IMG/VR virus record: IMGVR_UViG_3300006033_000017
From: a virus
Lineage: Duplodnaviria > Heunggongvirae > Uroviricota > Caudoviricetes
Length of the DNA: 64,000 nucleotides
Strand: one strand, 5' to 3'
The notes beneath the pieces were generated by a model that was not told the DNA's origin, searched no databases, and saw only the letters and a list, made by a program, of their open reading frames with translations. Below, piece after piece: positions 9,977 to 19,216 of this stretch (the stretch's first letter is position 1; each line of letters opens with the position of its first letter). The translations under genes were made by a program, and so were the position numbers.

Positions 9977-10477
9977 TTACAATTCCTTTGCTAAAGCGTC
10001 ATATAGTGTTGTCAACTTAATGTGTAGAACCGATACGCTTTCAAAGTTACCATAGTAGCCATCAGTTGTGTAATCATCTTCTTTGAGAAGAAGTTGGAGA
10101 TCACGGAACTTACTATATGGCATCTGTGGACAAAGATCCAACAAGATAGCATCTAGTAGTTTATGCTCGGGTTGCCCATCAGGCACACAGTAATGACTAG
10201 CTTCGCCGCCCCAACAGTTTCCACCCTCTGCACCACCAGTGATCCAGGTCAACACTAGATCAGAGTAGGATACTTCTTCAGGGTGTAAGATCGCCTCATA
10301 ATAGGTTCGGAACCCATTATCTCGCTTTCGGCCCAAGTAGCTATTCTCAGTCTGGTGAATTTGGTGAAGATCCCATACTTTAAGGTAGAAGTCGCGCCAA
10401 GTCATCAGGAAGCTCCTTTTCTTCGGTATGATTTGCCCAAATTGCTGCCATATAGGGGTTCTCAACAATAGGTTCAT
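9977..10477 (-). CDS. hypothetical protein (start probably at internal Met ~10405)
   Basis: ORF overlaps the upstream gene by 98 nt unless the internal start is used. Confidence 0.4.
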   Translation of the reverse strand: MNLLLRTPIWQQFGQIIPKKRSFLMTWRDFYLKVWDLHQIHQTENSYLGRKRDNGFRTYYEAILHPEEVSYSDLVLTWITGGAEGGNCWGGEASHYCVPDGQPEHKLLDAILLDLCPQMPYSKFRDLQLLLKEDDYTTDGYYGNFESVSVLHIKLTTLYDALAKEL

Positions 10478-11498
10478 CTATTGGGTAAAGATTCAGGAAT
10501 CTCGAATTATAGTACCAATACACAAAATTATCTTCATATGTGGTCTTCTGTGACAATTTTCGGAAAGCAATCCGCTGCGCTTTATTCCTAAGTAGTTCTG
10601 CAAGATTTTCCGGCAAATCAACCGTACCGACTTGCATCACAAAACTCGAAGAAGACTTAAACTCGAAACCATGGATCCAATCAGAGTCGGATTCAGAGTC
10701 GGATTCGGAAACCTGCTCCATAAGAAGATTGAACCATTCCTCGGGCTTCTTGGCCTTCCAGTAATAGTCGGTAATCTCAAAGAACATAGCTAGCTTATTG
10801 TTCTCGACTCTTTTGTGATCTGTGTAAACGTACCCCCGAGTATAACCCTGATGGTGACCTTCTCGACTATATACGACATTATGGAAGTAGCCACAGAAGA
10901 TAAAGCGTTTACCAGCCTTTGTCTCATACACACCACCGGGCACGAGTTTACCCATGGCAATCTTGCTATAAGTGCCACGAGTAGTGGCTTGCATCAATCG
11001 CTTATGGAGTTCAGAGCCAGCGCGGATGATCTTCATCTGCGAACCAACTTTAGCCCATAGATACTCACCTTCAAGGATACCGCCGGGTGAAGTGCCGCAC
11101 ATACGCAAAGACTCTAGCAACACATCTTCACGCATGTCAAAGTAGTAACCGTCATCAGTCACGACTTTCCAGGCACGACCGCCTTCTGCGCGGTGTTCTA
11201 GGTTAATGACACGAAGGCCCTTAAAGGGGAGATTGTTGACAGTTACTTCTGTAACATCTCCCACCTTAATATATTCTCTCGTCGCGTAATCGTATACTCG
11301 ACCATCGCCTGCCCAATTTCGACCCGTTTCTAGGGTCTTAGCATTTGTTGCGTCGGAAACAAACGCGGGACGAACATGCCAAGTCATCTGTTCATCTTCG
11401 GGCTGATCGCTAATATCATCAAATCGCCACTTAACATCTTGTGCAGGTTTTGCAATGATGGTAATTTGCTGCGGGATATTTCCTGAGAAGTTCGCCAT
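10380..11498 (-). CDS. hypothetical protein (372 aa) with a SESDSESDSD low-complexity segment
   Basis: long ORF; 12-nt tandem repeat at 10680-10715. Confidence 0.5.
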   Translation of the reverse strand: MANFSGNIPQQITIIAKPAQDVKWRFDDISDQPEDEQMTWHVRPAFVSDATNAKTLETGRNWAGDGRVYDYATREYIKVGDVTEVTVNNLPFKGLRVINLEHRAEGGRAWKVVTDDGYYFDMREDVLLESLRMCGTSPGGILEGEYLWAKVGSQMKIIRAGSELHKRLMQATTRGTYSKIAMGKLVPGGVYETKAGKRFIFCGYFHNVVYSREGHHQGYTRGYVYTDHKRVENNKLAMFFEITDYYWKAKKPEEWFNLLMEQVSESDSESDSDWIHGFEFKSSSSFVMQVGTVDLPENLAELLRNKAQRIAFRKLSQKTTYEDNFVYWYYNSRFLNLYPIDEPIVENPYMAAIWANHTEEKELPDDLARLLP

Positions 11499-11767
11499 TA
11501 CTTCGCTCCTACCAATGCCTTTGCGACAGAATCGAATACCATTTTCTCGATCTTCTTAACCATAGTGCCGTAATAATCGACAACTTCATCATTACGCATA
11601 ATGAAGACATCAAATCGATAACCCGTTCCCGCATAACCATCGAACACCTGTTGAAGCAGCTTTTCATCCACTTCATAGTATTCATTAGTCCGAACAGATT
11701 GCATGTAGATTTTGTCCCCTACTTGGTAATTAGGAAGACGGCATTTCAATTGTCTACTTAGCATCAT
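11498..11767 (-). CDS. hypothetical protein (start at the MMLSRQ Met; upstream part of the ORF is promoter)
   Basis: the first 20 codons of the track ORF contain TTGACA-N17-TATCAT and an AAGGAG RBS before the ATGATG. Confidence 0.45.
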   Translation of the reverse strand: MMLSRQLKCRLPNYQVGDKIYMQSVRTNEYYEVDEKLLQQVFDGYAGTGYRFDVFIMRNDEVVDYYGTMVKKIEKMVFDSVAKALVGAK

Positions 11768-11792
11768 GGTCTCCTTGCCATCATCCTTTATG

Positions 11793-11827
11793 ATAGCACA
11801 CTCGGAGTGCCATGTCAAGCTTGACAT
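11793..11827 (-). promoter_or_regulatory. divergent promoter region built around the 16-bp perfect palindrome ATGTCAAGCTTGACAT
   Basis: palindrome at 11812..11827 gives TTGACA on both strands; minus-strand -10 TATCAT lies 17 nt downstream. Confidence 0.45.
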
Positions 11828-11936
11828 CGAACAAGCAATATGCTACGCTGAATATAGGTCCAACTAAAATATTGAGGCCAATTCTAGCTTGTAGAGTCGG
11901 CGCGGGGGCGCTATAACGATCCTAAAGGACCACGCC

Positions 11937-12686
11937 ATGCTACCTCGTTACCAGTCACCGAACTACCGCCTAATACACGGTGATTGCCATGACACGCTCA
12001 ATGATTTGAAGGGGTTGGAAGCTCGCCTTGTCCTTACTGACCCCCCATATGGTAAGGTCCTCAAAGATGACTGGGATCAAAGCGGACATATTACCGATCA
12101 ATGGTGTAAGCAAATCAAAGCAGCCTGTACACCTGATGCATCTATATATGTTTGGTGTGGCATGGGGGAGAAATCTCGTTCATTAGTTGAATTTATCCAG
12201 GTGCTCGATAAACATTTTACATTCAAAGATCTAATTACTTGGCAAAAACGACGCGGCATTGGTATGCGTCGAGGATGGCTATATACTCGCGAAGAATTGC
12301 TTTGGTATGTTGTAAACCCTAAAGACTTCGTGTGGAACAAAGAAGCCCAATACTCTGATGAGCCCAACGCATTCAAAAAGGGTATGAGTGGTACGCAAGT
12401 TAATGAGAAGAAGCGTATCACGAATGTTTGGACTGATGTTCCTGAGCAACTAAAGAAGCCTCTTGGTACTCACCCTGCCGATAAACCGATACAAGCACTA
12501 AAACGAGTCATTGCAGCGCACACTGATCCGGGCGATCTCATTCTAGACCCATTCTGTGGGGGCGGCTCTACACTTATTGCTGCTATGCAAATGGGTCGAA
12601 TGGGGTTTGGTATTGAAAAAGATGACCATTGGGCCGAATACACAAAGACTAGGCTAGAGGCAGAATGGGAAAAATCGAATGATTAA
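11937..12686 (+). CDS. DNA amino-methyltransferase (N6-adenine or N4-cytosine, beta class)
   Basis: DPPY catalytic motif near the N-terminus and LILDPFCGGGST (AdoMet motif I) near the C-terminus. Confidence 0.8.
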   Translation: MLPRYQSPNYRLIHGDCHDTLNDLKGLEARLVLTDPPYGKVLKDDWDQSGHITDQWCKQIKAACTPDASIYVWCGMGEKSRSLVEFIQVLDKHFTFKDLITWQKRRGIGMRRGWLYTREELLWYVVNPKDFVWNKEAQYSDEPNAFKKGMSGTQVNEKKRITNVWTDVPEQLKKPLGTHPADKPIQALKRVIAAHTDPGDLILDPFCGGGSTLIAAMQMGRMGFGIEKDDHWAEYTKTRLEAEWEKSND

Positions 12687-13695
12687 TTGCCATACTCACA
12701 CCTTCAGCATTAACAATGTCCCAGATGATTTTCTCCCCCTCAAACTCAGCAAGTTGAGCAGGAACCCTTTACTCCGAAAAGTCATCATCCGACTTCTCCA
12801 AATGAATGACCCCTTAACTGCGCGCGATATCGCTGAACGTTTAGCAACGTTCATAACGCTAATGAATCAAGAATCACAAGCTGATATCTTTGATAATCTT
12901 GCCAGTAACTACCCCAAGGGTACTAAGTTTGTAGTGCTCCCGATGGATTTTGAATTCTCGGGCTATCATCCTCCACATACATCTACTGAAACCCAACTTG
13001 GCATACTGAAGTCGCTTGCCGAAACTCGCCCCATTATCCCATTCTGCCCTGTCGATCCCCGCCGCCCAGACATCATGGGTTTTGTAAAGAAATGGATCGA
13101 AGATAAAGGGTTCGCGGGATTGAAGCTATATCCCGCTCTTGGCTATGAAGTCAATGATTCCCGTCTTGATCCTGTATATGAATATGCCTGCGAGAACAAG
13201 ACACCTATCATTACTCATTGTGGAGGTACCTCAGTTAGAGGAAAACATACCTCAGAAGCTGACGCATACGCCAAGAGCTTACCATATAAATACATTTCGG
13301 TATTAGCAAGGTATAATGAGCTTCATCTATGTTTCGCTCATTACGGTGGAGTAAAAGCTTGGCAAGCAAAGTTGGGTTTAATCGACTCCTGTGAAGATTC
13401 CTGGGTTGATTCAATCTCTAACCTTATGAAACAACACCCTAATGTTTATGCAGATATTGCCTACACTATCTTTACACACCCGTCATTCTATAATTACCTC
13501 AAAGTCTTGATGACAGATGCGACACTAAGCAAAAAGATTCTGTTTGGAACAGACTTCCCACTAGCCAATCTAGAAGAGCGAACGGAGAAACAAGTATCGA
13601 TTGATCTCCGCGCGGTACTTGGCGAGGATTCATGGAATATGATTAGCGAGTTAAATCCAAGACAATTCCTTGGTGTGAAAAACACCTGCGTTTAA
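12679..13695 (+). CDS. metal-dependent amidohydrolase (amidohydrolase-2 / TIM-barrel hydrolase family)
   Basis: N-terminal INCHTHTF (HxH metal ligands) and C-terminal LFGTDFPL (family signature); ATGA overlap with the methyltransferase stop. Confidence 0.5.
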   Translation: MINCHTHTFSINNVPDDFLPLKLSKLSRNPLLRKVIIRLLQMNDPLTARDIAERLATFITLMNQESQADIFDNLASNYPKGTKFVVLPMDFEFSGYHPPHTSTETQLGILKSLAETRPIIPFCPVDPRRPDIMGFVKKWIEDKGFAGLKLYPALGYEVNDSRLDPVYEYACENKTPIITHCGGTSVRGKHTSEADAYAKSLPYKYISVLARYNELHLCFAHYGGVKAWQAKLGLIDSCEDSWVDSISNLMKQHPNVYADIAYTIFTHPSFYNYLKVLMTDATLSKKILFGTDFPLANLEERTEKQVSIDLRAVLGEDSWNMISELNPRQFLGVKNTCV

Positions 13696-13705
13696 GGATA
13701 AGACA

Positions 13706-14062
13706 ATGAAAAACGTAGAATACTATCTTGTTCATGATGGTCGCTTTTTAAGCGAGTACAAGAATTCACTAGATGATTCTCCGGTCGCGGGTGTATTGGT
13801 AGTAGATGGTAAAGTAGCTATCAATACCTCTTATCAGGAGAATTTCTCAGAGCAAGCATCTGCGTACCTCAAAGCCCTTACAGATAATGACATAGAATAC
13901 CGATTAACTCGTAAGCGAGTTGCAATCAATTCTAAGTATCATGGTTGGAAGGCTCAGGACGGAAATATGTATCAGCACATTCATTGGATGGTTACTCCAA
14001 TCGATTCCGAATATCCACCAAAGACCCATGGTGACGTGTTGCCGTATGTCATAAATGGCTAA
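13706..14062 (+). CDS. hypothetical protein (118 aa)
   Basis: ORF. Confidence 0.4.
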   Translation: MKNVEYYLVHDGRFLSEYKNSLDDSPVAGVLVVDGKVAINTSYQENFSEQASAYLKALTDNDIEYRLTRKRVAINSKYHGWKAQDGNMYQHIHWMVTPIDSEYPPKTHGDVLPYVING

Positions 14063-14354
14063 GGAGACTTCAATGTGTCAACATCGTGAAACACTCGTAC
14101 TTTCACCGGAAGATGCTAGATGCGCCATCTTCGGCGATTATCCCGATATGGATGTTGTACTTAATGAGATAATTGATCAAGGTCGTTGGTCAACGTATCA
14201 CCGCGTAGTAGTTAAATACATGGATAAATTCTATTCGGTCAAATATTCACAAGGGAGTACTGAGTCCCAAGAGGAAGCCCCCTTTGAATACGATACTGAG
14301 GTTAAGTTCGATCAAGTCTTCCCTGTCGAGAAGACCATCATAGTTTACCAATAG
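14055..14354 (+). CDS. hypothetical protein (99 aa)
   Basis: ORF with AAGGAG RBS. Confidence 0.4.
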   Translation: MAKETSMCQHRETLVLSPEDARCAIFGDYPDMDVVLNEIIDQGRWSTYHRVVVKYMDKFYSVKYSQGSTESQEEAPFEYDTEVKFDQVFPVEKTIIVYQ

Positions 14355-14365
14355 AGGAGAGATAT

Positions 14366-15145
14366 ATGTTTCCACTAGATGAAGAGCTTATGGAGACGTG
14401 CGCAGATCTTTGCGACGAATTAGAGGAAGATGGAAGTCCGTTCGCTACCGACTTTAGGGAATTACTGGATGCGATCTGGTTGACTGAAGAGTTTGGTCAT
14501 CAGTATAGAAATGGTGAACTAGATATAAACCACCCATTACGCGATGGCGAATATAGGGCAACACAACTGGCGTGTTTCAATGCTTGTGCAAAGGAATGTG
14601 ACGAGTTGGATGAGTGGGGCGCTGACGAGATGGAGCAGTTATGCGAAATTCTCGGTATAGCTTATCGTGCCATTGAGAGTATCTTCCCCACTAAGAAGCC
14701 CGAGCCAATTGTAGAACCTGTAGTAGAAACCCCTGTTCCCGTAGCAACCCCAGAACCGCCACCTATTCCCAAAGAACCCCTCAAAGTAGTCATTACCCCT
14801 GAGTCTAAACTTGCTAGATATACTGTTTATGGCTATGAGGATGAAGACGGTGAAGATGGTGAGGGCAACGAAGAAATCTATGCTAGGTGTATTGGTGGTG
14901 ACGGTTCTATCGATGTTCTTACAGTTGATGGTGTAATTGCATTAATCGGTGACTACTATCATAACAAGATTGAGGCTCAGATAGAAGGCTATCTTCAAGC
15001 ATTAGAAGATTTGTGGGGATATGAACCTAAAGTGGAATGCTATGATGTGGTAGATGGCATCTATGGTTCAACAACTTGGGGCTACCCAGATAAATCCGAG
15101 CTATATCCGCCCGCCATCAAGCCACTCTACATAAAGGCACTCTAA
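14366..15145 (+). CDS. hypothetical acidic protein with a Pro-rich linker
   Basis: GAGG RBS; PEPIVEPVVETPVPVATPEPPPIP linker. Confidence 0.45.
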   Translation: MFPLDEELMETCADLCDELEEDGSPFATDFRELLDAIWLTEEFGHQYRNGELDINHPLRDGEYRATQLACFNACAKECDELDEWGADEMEQLCEILGIAYRAIESIFPTKKPEPIVEPVVETPVPVATPEPPPIPKEPLKVVITPESKLARYTVYGYEDEDGEDGEGNEEIYARCIGGDGSIDVLTVDGVIALIGDYYHNKIEAQIEGYLQALEDLWGYEPKVECYDVVDGIYGSTTWGYPDKSELYPPAIKPLYIKAL

Positions 15146-15501
15146 TGACTAAACTCCCTACATATAAAGTATACACCGTATATCTTCACGACAGCAACAA
15201 CAAGATTACCGCCCATGAAGCGCTAAATCATGAATTCGCAGCAAAGATCATTACGGTAAATGGCACCATTGAAGTATGTAATAATGAATTAGATCGAGGT
15301 CGATATGATCTTGAAGATACCTTCTTCAAGGGTGTCGAAAGTGTTATTAGAGACAAGTTTACATATGAACGTATTGACCTAATTATTCACCATGACAAAG
15401 TTGAGGAATGGTTGGAGTTTGACATTGGGGAGCTTTTCCCACCCCGAAGACGACCGCTACTAACATTAAAGGAAATCGTAGAATGCCAATATATCAGATA
15501 G
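15145..15501 (+). CDS. hypothetical protein (118 aa)
   Basis: ORF. Confidence 0.4.
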   Translation: MTKLPTYKVYTVYLHDSNNKITAHEALNHEFAAKIITVNGTIEVCNNELDRGRYDLEDTFFKGVESVIRDKFTYERIDLIIHHDKVEEWLEFDIGELFPPRRRPLLTLKEIVECQYIR

Positions 15502-15668
15502 AATGCCGTAGCTGCAAACACCAGTGGGAGATCCGGCTCAAGTACAAAGAAGATTTACCACCCTGTCCCGAGTGTAACCACAAAGAGGTCAGAAAGGTAA
15601 TGACACCTCCTGCCCTTTGCTTCAAAGGCTCGGGATGGCACGTTACAGACTATGGAAAGAGTCGATAA
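15483..15668 (+). CDS. FmdB-family zinc-ribbon protein
   Basis: MPIYQIECRSCKHQWE...CPECN...FKGSGWHVTDY matches the FmdB putative regulatory zinc ribbon. Confidence 0.65.
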   Translation: MPIYQIECRSCKHQWEIRLKYKEDLPPCPECNHKEVRKVMTPPALCFKGSGWHVTDYGKSR

Positions 15669-16222
15669 GGAAGTGTAAGTTGGCAAACACCTTGGTTGTG
15701 AACTTGTTTGGCGGGCCGGGCGTTGCAAAATCCACAACGGCTGCGGGCTTGTTCTATCACTTGAAAACACAAGGAATATCCTGTGAACTCATCACAGAGT
15801 ATGCCAAAGATAGAACATGGCTAAAAGACTACGAAACATTAGCATGTCAACCATACGTTACAGCTAAACAGCTATGGCGTATGGAACGGGTCGTGGGTCA
15901 GGTAGATGTAATGATCACCGACTCGCCGTTGTTGTTTGGCATCATCTATGCGGGCAAATGGGGGTCTGAAAACTTCGATGCCATAGTCAATGAGTGGTTT
16001 GATAGATTCAACAACCTTAACTTCCTGCTCACACGGGATTTGGATTACCATCCCTATAGACAAGCCGGTAGAACTCAAACCGTAGATGAAGCGATTGTTG
16101 TAGATGGGAAGATAGAAGCACTCCTTAATGATTTCTCGATCTCACATGAACGCATCAAATGTGGTAAAGGCTCTACTGAGAAGATCCTGCAAACTGTACT
16201 AGAACGACTAAGGACAGCCTAA
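15635..16222 (+). CDS. P-loop kinase (uridine/nicotinamide-riboside kinase-like, AAA_28-like)
   Basis: Walker A LFGGPGVAKSTTA; Walker B-like VMITDSPLLF; Arg-rich lid LTRDLDYHPYRQAGR. Confidence 0.45.
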   Translation: MARYRLWKESIRKCKLANTLVVNLFGGPGVAKSTTAAGLFYHLKTQGISCELITEYAKDRTWLKDYETLACQPYVTAKQLWRMERVVGQVDVMITDSPLLFGIIYAGKWGSENFDAIVNEWFDRFNNLNFLLTRDLDYHPYRQAGRTQTVDEAIVVDGKIEALLNDFSISHERIKCGKGSTEKILQTVLERLRTA

Positions 16223-16893
16223 TGTGCCCTGTATGTGGTGAGACGAAAAACATATTCCCCCTTGATACTCCAGCGTGGTACGAATGCCGCGACTGCAATA
16301 GCACTTTTGGTTCTCCTGCAAGGATGCATTGCAATCAAACCTGCATCGCTTGTGGTAGTGATGATGTATCCACAGTGGATGGGAAAAACTATTGTCGCTC
16401 TTGTTCAAGTATCTACAATCTCCCCTCTGCCCCTATAGAGTTCCTTGACAATCCATTCCGTAAACTACTAAATGATATAGAGAATTGGCGGAACGAAGGC
16501 TGTTCAGCTAAAGAGATTCGCAAAAAGGTAGAAGAAACAAAGTGGCGCACAGGTAAAAGGTTCTTTGACGAAAAGACCATTAATGCCGCCATTAAAGTAA
16601 TTGACAACTATAGGCTGAGAACCGCTAAAGCGGCAAAGAGTAAAGCCAAAGACCCCGATAAACAAGAAATTGTAAAAGCCAAAGACCCCGATAAACAAGA
16701 AATTGTAAAAGCCAAAGAAAAAGGGGCCGAGCTAAGACTTGTCGCGAAGGCAATTGAAGTAGCAGTAATCGAAGAAGATGAGCTAGAACAGATTACAAGA
16801 GAGAACGATATCCGAGAGGCGCTAATTGAACTAGAAGAGATGTTAAAGCCATCTATTATACAGCGTGCCAGGAATATCTTGAGAAGAAGATAG
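16222..16893 (+). CDS. zinc-ribbon protein with tandem AKDPDKQEIVK repeats and an acidic coiled-coil tail
   Basis: N-terminal CPVCG...CRDC...CIACG...CRSC; 33-bp perfect tandem duplication at 16642..16707. Confidence 0.5.
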   Translation: MCPVCGETKNIFPLDTPAWYECRDCNSTFGSPARMHCNQTCIACGSDDVSTVDGKNYCRSCSSIYNLPSAPIEFLDNPFRKLLNDIENWRNEGCSAKEIRKKVEETKWRTGKRFFDEKTINAAIKVIDNYRLRTAKAAKSKAKDPDKQEIVKAKDPDKQEIVKAKEKGAELRLVAKAIEVAVIEEDELEQITRENDIREALIELEEMLKPSIIQRARNILRRR

Positions 16894-16907
16894 TCAAGAG
16901 GTGAAAG

Positions 16908-17366
16908 TTGAACAAATACTTTGTCTTCGTGGAAGAACACCGTGCCCATAGCAATGATACCAGAGTCATAAGCTCGCCTCTCTGGGGTACGTGGATTGCT
17001 CAGATAGGCGATAAGACTGTATATGAACTCGATGAACTTCTATTGCTCTACTCTTTACCCGAAGGCATTAAGCAAAGAATTGAACAACTAGAAATCGGAC
17101 AAGCTGTTGATGTGGCTCCGGTCGCGCTCAAAACTACCCAACAAGTCCTGAGGATTTCCACGGAACAAGCAGCAAAATGGCTAGAATATGAAGTCTTGGA
17201 AAGCAACGTACAATATAGCATAGACTTCAAAACTAAGCTACAAGAACACGATCCTGACAATGCACATCTTTATCGAGACTACATCAAAGATGCTACCGTA
17301 GCTCTTGAAGAACTCAGGAACGAGAAAGAAGTATTCAGGTGTCAATTAGCGAAGTACATAACATGA
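16908..17366 (+). CDS. hypothetical protein (152 aa)
   Basis: ORF. Confidence 0.4.
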   Translation: MNKYFVFVEEHRAHSNDTRVISSPLWGTWIAQIGDKTVYELDELLLLYSLPEGIKQRIEQLEIGQAVDVAPVALKTTQQVLRISTEQAAKWLEYEVLESNVQYSIDFKTKLQEHDPDNAHLYRDYIKDATVALEELRNEKEVFRCQLAKYIT

Positions 17367-17650
17367 ATATCTCGCAACAATTTGTTGAATACGCCAACTC
17401 AGCACCTGGGTACTTAAAGCCATATTATGATATTGATGGAGCAAGGGATCTAGCCTGGGACACGGAAACTCTTTCACGGGCTTTAGGCTTCTTAGTCCAA
17501 CGATTGAAGGAGGATTTTACTGTAGAAACAGTGACACCAATCCTCAATCAAGTGGATCATTATCGCGAACTTCTTATGACGAGTCATGGTGCATTTTCGT
17601 TACAACATATAGTGTCAGCAATGCGATACGCATACAATCTAGGAGACTAA
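17339..17650 (+). CDS. hypothetical protein (103 aa)
   Basis: ORF. Confidence 0.4.
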   Translation: MSISEVHNMNISQQFVEYANSAPGYLKPYYDIDGARDLAWDTETLSRALGFLVQRLKEDFTVETVTPILNQVDHYRELLMTSHGAFSLQHIVSAMRYAYNLGD

Positions 17651-17651
17651 T

Positions 17652-18131
17652 ATGTGGGCTTATAGAGATAATGATCTGATCATAGATGACATCCCCAGTA
17701 GTGTTAAGAAACAGGTTTATGAACGTGACAACCACCGTTGTCAATTCACAGGCATCACAGATAACCTCTCCATCCACCACATACTCAAAAAGAGTGACGG
17801 TGGACCTAACGTAGCTGACAACCTTATCCTGGTAAACCGGATAGTCCATAACTGGCTACACAACAATCATGTGCCCTCTGAGCTATATAAACCTGAGGCA
17901 TTATATCTGTTGGCTAGAGTTCATTTGTGTCGCGATTTTATGCTAGTGAAAAAGCCACCAAGCAACTTCAAGTCATCCTATGAGTACCTAAGAGCAATGT
18001 TCGATGGGGTCGATGCGAATGATCCTAAACCACCCAACCCTAAGTTCCTAGATATGACTTGGGTGGCTTGCATGGAAGTCAATGGGCCGGGCTTTGAATA
18101 TTTCAAAGATGGTGCGTGGAAGAGGCTCTAG
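17652..18131 (+). CDS. HNH endonuclease
   Basis: CQFTG...HHILKKSDGGPNVADNLILVNRIVHNWLH (HNH beta-beta-alpha-Me motif). Confidence 0.7.
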   Translation: MWAYRDNDLIIDDIPSSVKKQVYERDNHRCQFTGITDNLSIHHILKKSDGGPNVADNLILVNRIVHNWLHNNHVPSELYKPEALYLLARVHLCRDFMLVKKPPSNFKSSYEYLRAMFDGVDANDPKPPNPKFLDMTWVACMEVNGPGFEYFKDGAWKRL

Positions 18132-18137
18132 ACTACT

Positions 18138-18311
18138 ATGTTAAAACGCTATTGTGAAATCTGTGGTTCTAAAGTAGAAGATAAGGTACCTGAGGATGAA
18201 ACGCTTTGCCTAAGCTGTTTGCGGGCAGTTAATGCCTCATCTACTCAAGTAGTTGTCACCAATGAATCAAAAACACCCGCTCCTAAGGAGAGTAGGCCAC
18301 CATGGACATAA
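18138..18311 (+). CDS. small zinc-ribbon protein (57 aa)
   Basis: MLKRYCEICGSK...CLSCL; below the 60-aa track cutoff; read by eye. Confidence 0.3.
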   Translation: MLKRYCEICGSKVEDKVPEDETLCLSCLRAVNASSTQVVVTNESKTPAPKESRPPWT

Positions 18312-18637
18312 TTGTCACGACGCCAAAGGCCGAAAGCCTCAATTCCGCATTAGAAGCAAAAAGTGATGCCAAGTATTGGTTTAGAAAGCTCCCCACAAAG
18401 CCCAAGAACCTACAAATTGGCGATAGAATCTACTACGTGGAACATAACAACGTTGTTGGTTACGCCATCGTCGTCGGCATTCAAGAGAAGCAAGAGATGT
18501 TATGTTCTACCACAGGAAGAGATTGGGGGAGCGGAACTTACTTAATCATTGATGCTAACAGTTGGACGCCTATTCCGCCAGTTGCCTACAAAGGATTTCG
18601 TGGATTTCGTTACTATAATAGCACAGGAACCATATAG
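18302..18637 (+). CDS. hypothetical protein (111 aa)
   Basis: AGGAG RBS. Confidence 0.4.
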   Translation: MDIIVTTPKAESLNSALEAKSDAKYWFRKLPTKPKNLQIGDRIYYVEHNNVVGYAIVVGIQEKQEMLCSTTGRDWGSGTYLIIDANSWTPIPPVAYKGFRGFRYYNSTGTI

Positions 18638-18642
18638 CCGTA

Positions 18643-19050
18643 ATGGGAACAAAGACTCGAAGAGGAATCAAAATGCCAAGGCAACAGATTATTCCTGAGT
18701 ATGACGAAGTATTTGATGCCATTATGTTCGTTGCTGATCTAGATGACGATGGCAACTATATTCTCCGAGCCGATCAAAACATCGACAGTGTGTTGGGAAA
18801 ATGTGAACAATGGCCCCCAATTGCCGCCTTAGGCTTAGCCGACTTCTTGCTCTCAAAAGATGTAGACCTTAGCCAACATCGCCAATGTCTACTAGATCTA
18901 GTAACAAAGGCATTGGACAGCATTCACTCCTCAAGTGTAAACTCCTTAATTATGACGCTGCCATGTAGAAAAAGAATAGAAGAGCACCGACTCGAACTGA
19001 AAGCTGCCATTCTGATCCTGGGGAAAGAAATTGAAGCTATTACCGCGTAA
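18643..19050 (+). CDS. hypothetical protein (135 aa)
   Basis: ORF. Confidence 0.4.
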   Translation: MGTKTRRGIKMPRQQIIPEYDEVFDAIMFVADLDDDGNYILRADQNIDSVLGKCEQWPPIAALGLADFLLSKDVDLSQHRQCLLDLVTKALDSIHSSSVNSLIMTLPCRKRIEEHRLELKAAILILGKEIEAITA

Positions 19051-19213
19051 GTGTGATCATTGTCATAAATGGCGTTGGGTAAAATCAGTAAAGTCCGTCG
19101 TCCCGTTCTATGAGAAGAATTTCGTGTATCATTTCTGTAAACGATGTGCTAGGGACTATGTGGACTTCTGGACAGCGCAACATGAGGAATGTGGAATCCC
19201 AATGGGTGGTTAG
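19031..19213 (+). CDS. small Cys/His-rich protein (60 aa)
   Basis: CDHCHKWRW...CKRCARDY. Confidence 0.35.
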   Translation: MKLLPRKCDHCHKWRWVKSVKSVVPFYEKNFVYHFCKRCARDYVDFWTAQHEECGIPMGG

Positions 19214-19216
19214 ATT

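Noticed and set aside
10680-10715. Short direct repeats tcagagtcggat x2.5
   Set aside because: It looked superficially like a repeat array, but it is a 12-nt in-frame tandem encoding SESDSESDSD inside a long ORF. There are no spacers and it is not CRISPR.
12098-12421. 107-aa minus-strand ORF inside the methyltransferase gene
   Set aside because: It is antisense to a gene with strong motif support.
16413-16949. Minus-strand ORFs 16413..16607, 16504..16698 and 16608..16949 opposite the zinc-ribbon/repeat protein
   Set aside because: They are antisense low-complexity translations of the Lys/Glu-rich region. The plus-strand gene has a ribosome-binding site and an ATGA coupling.
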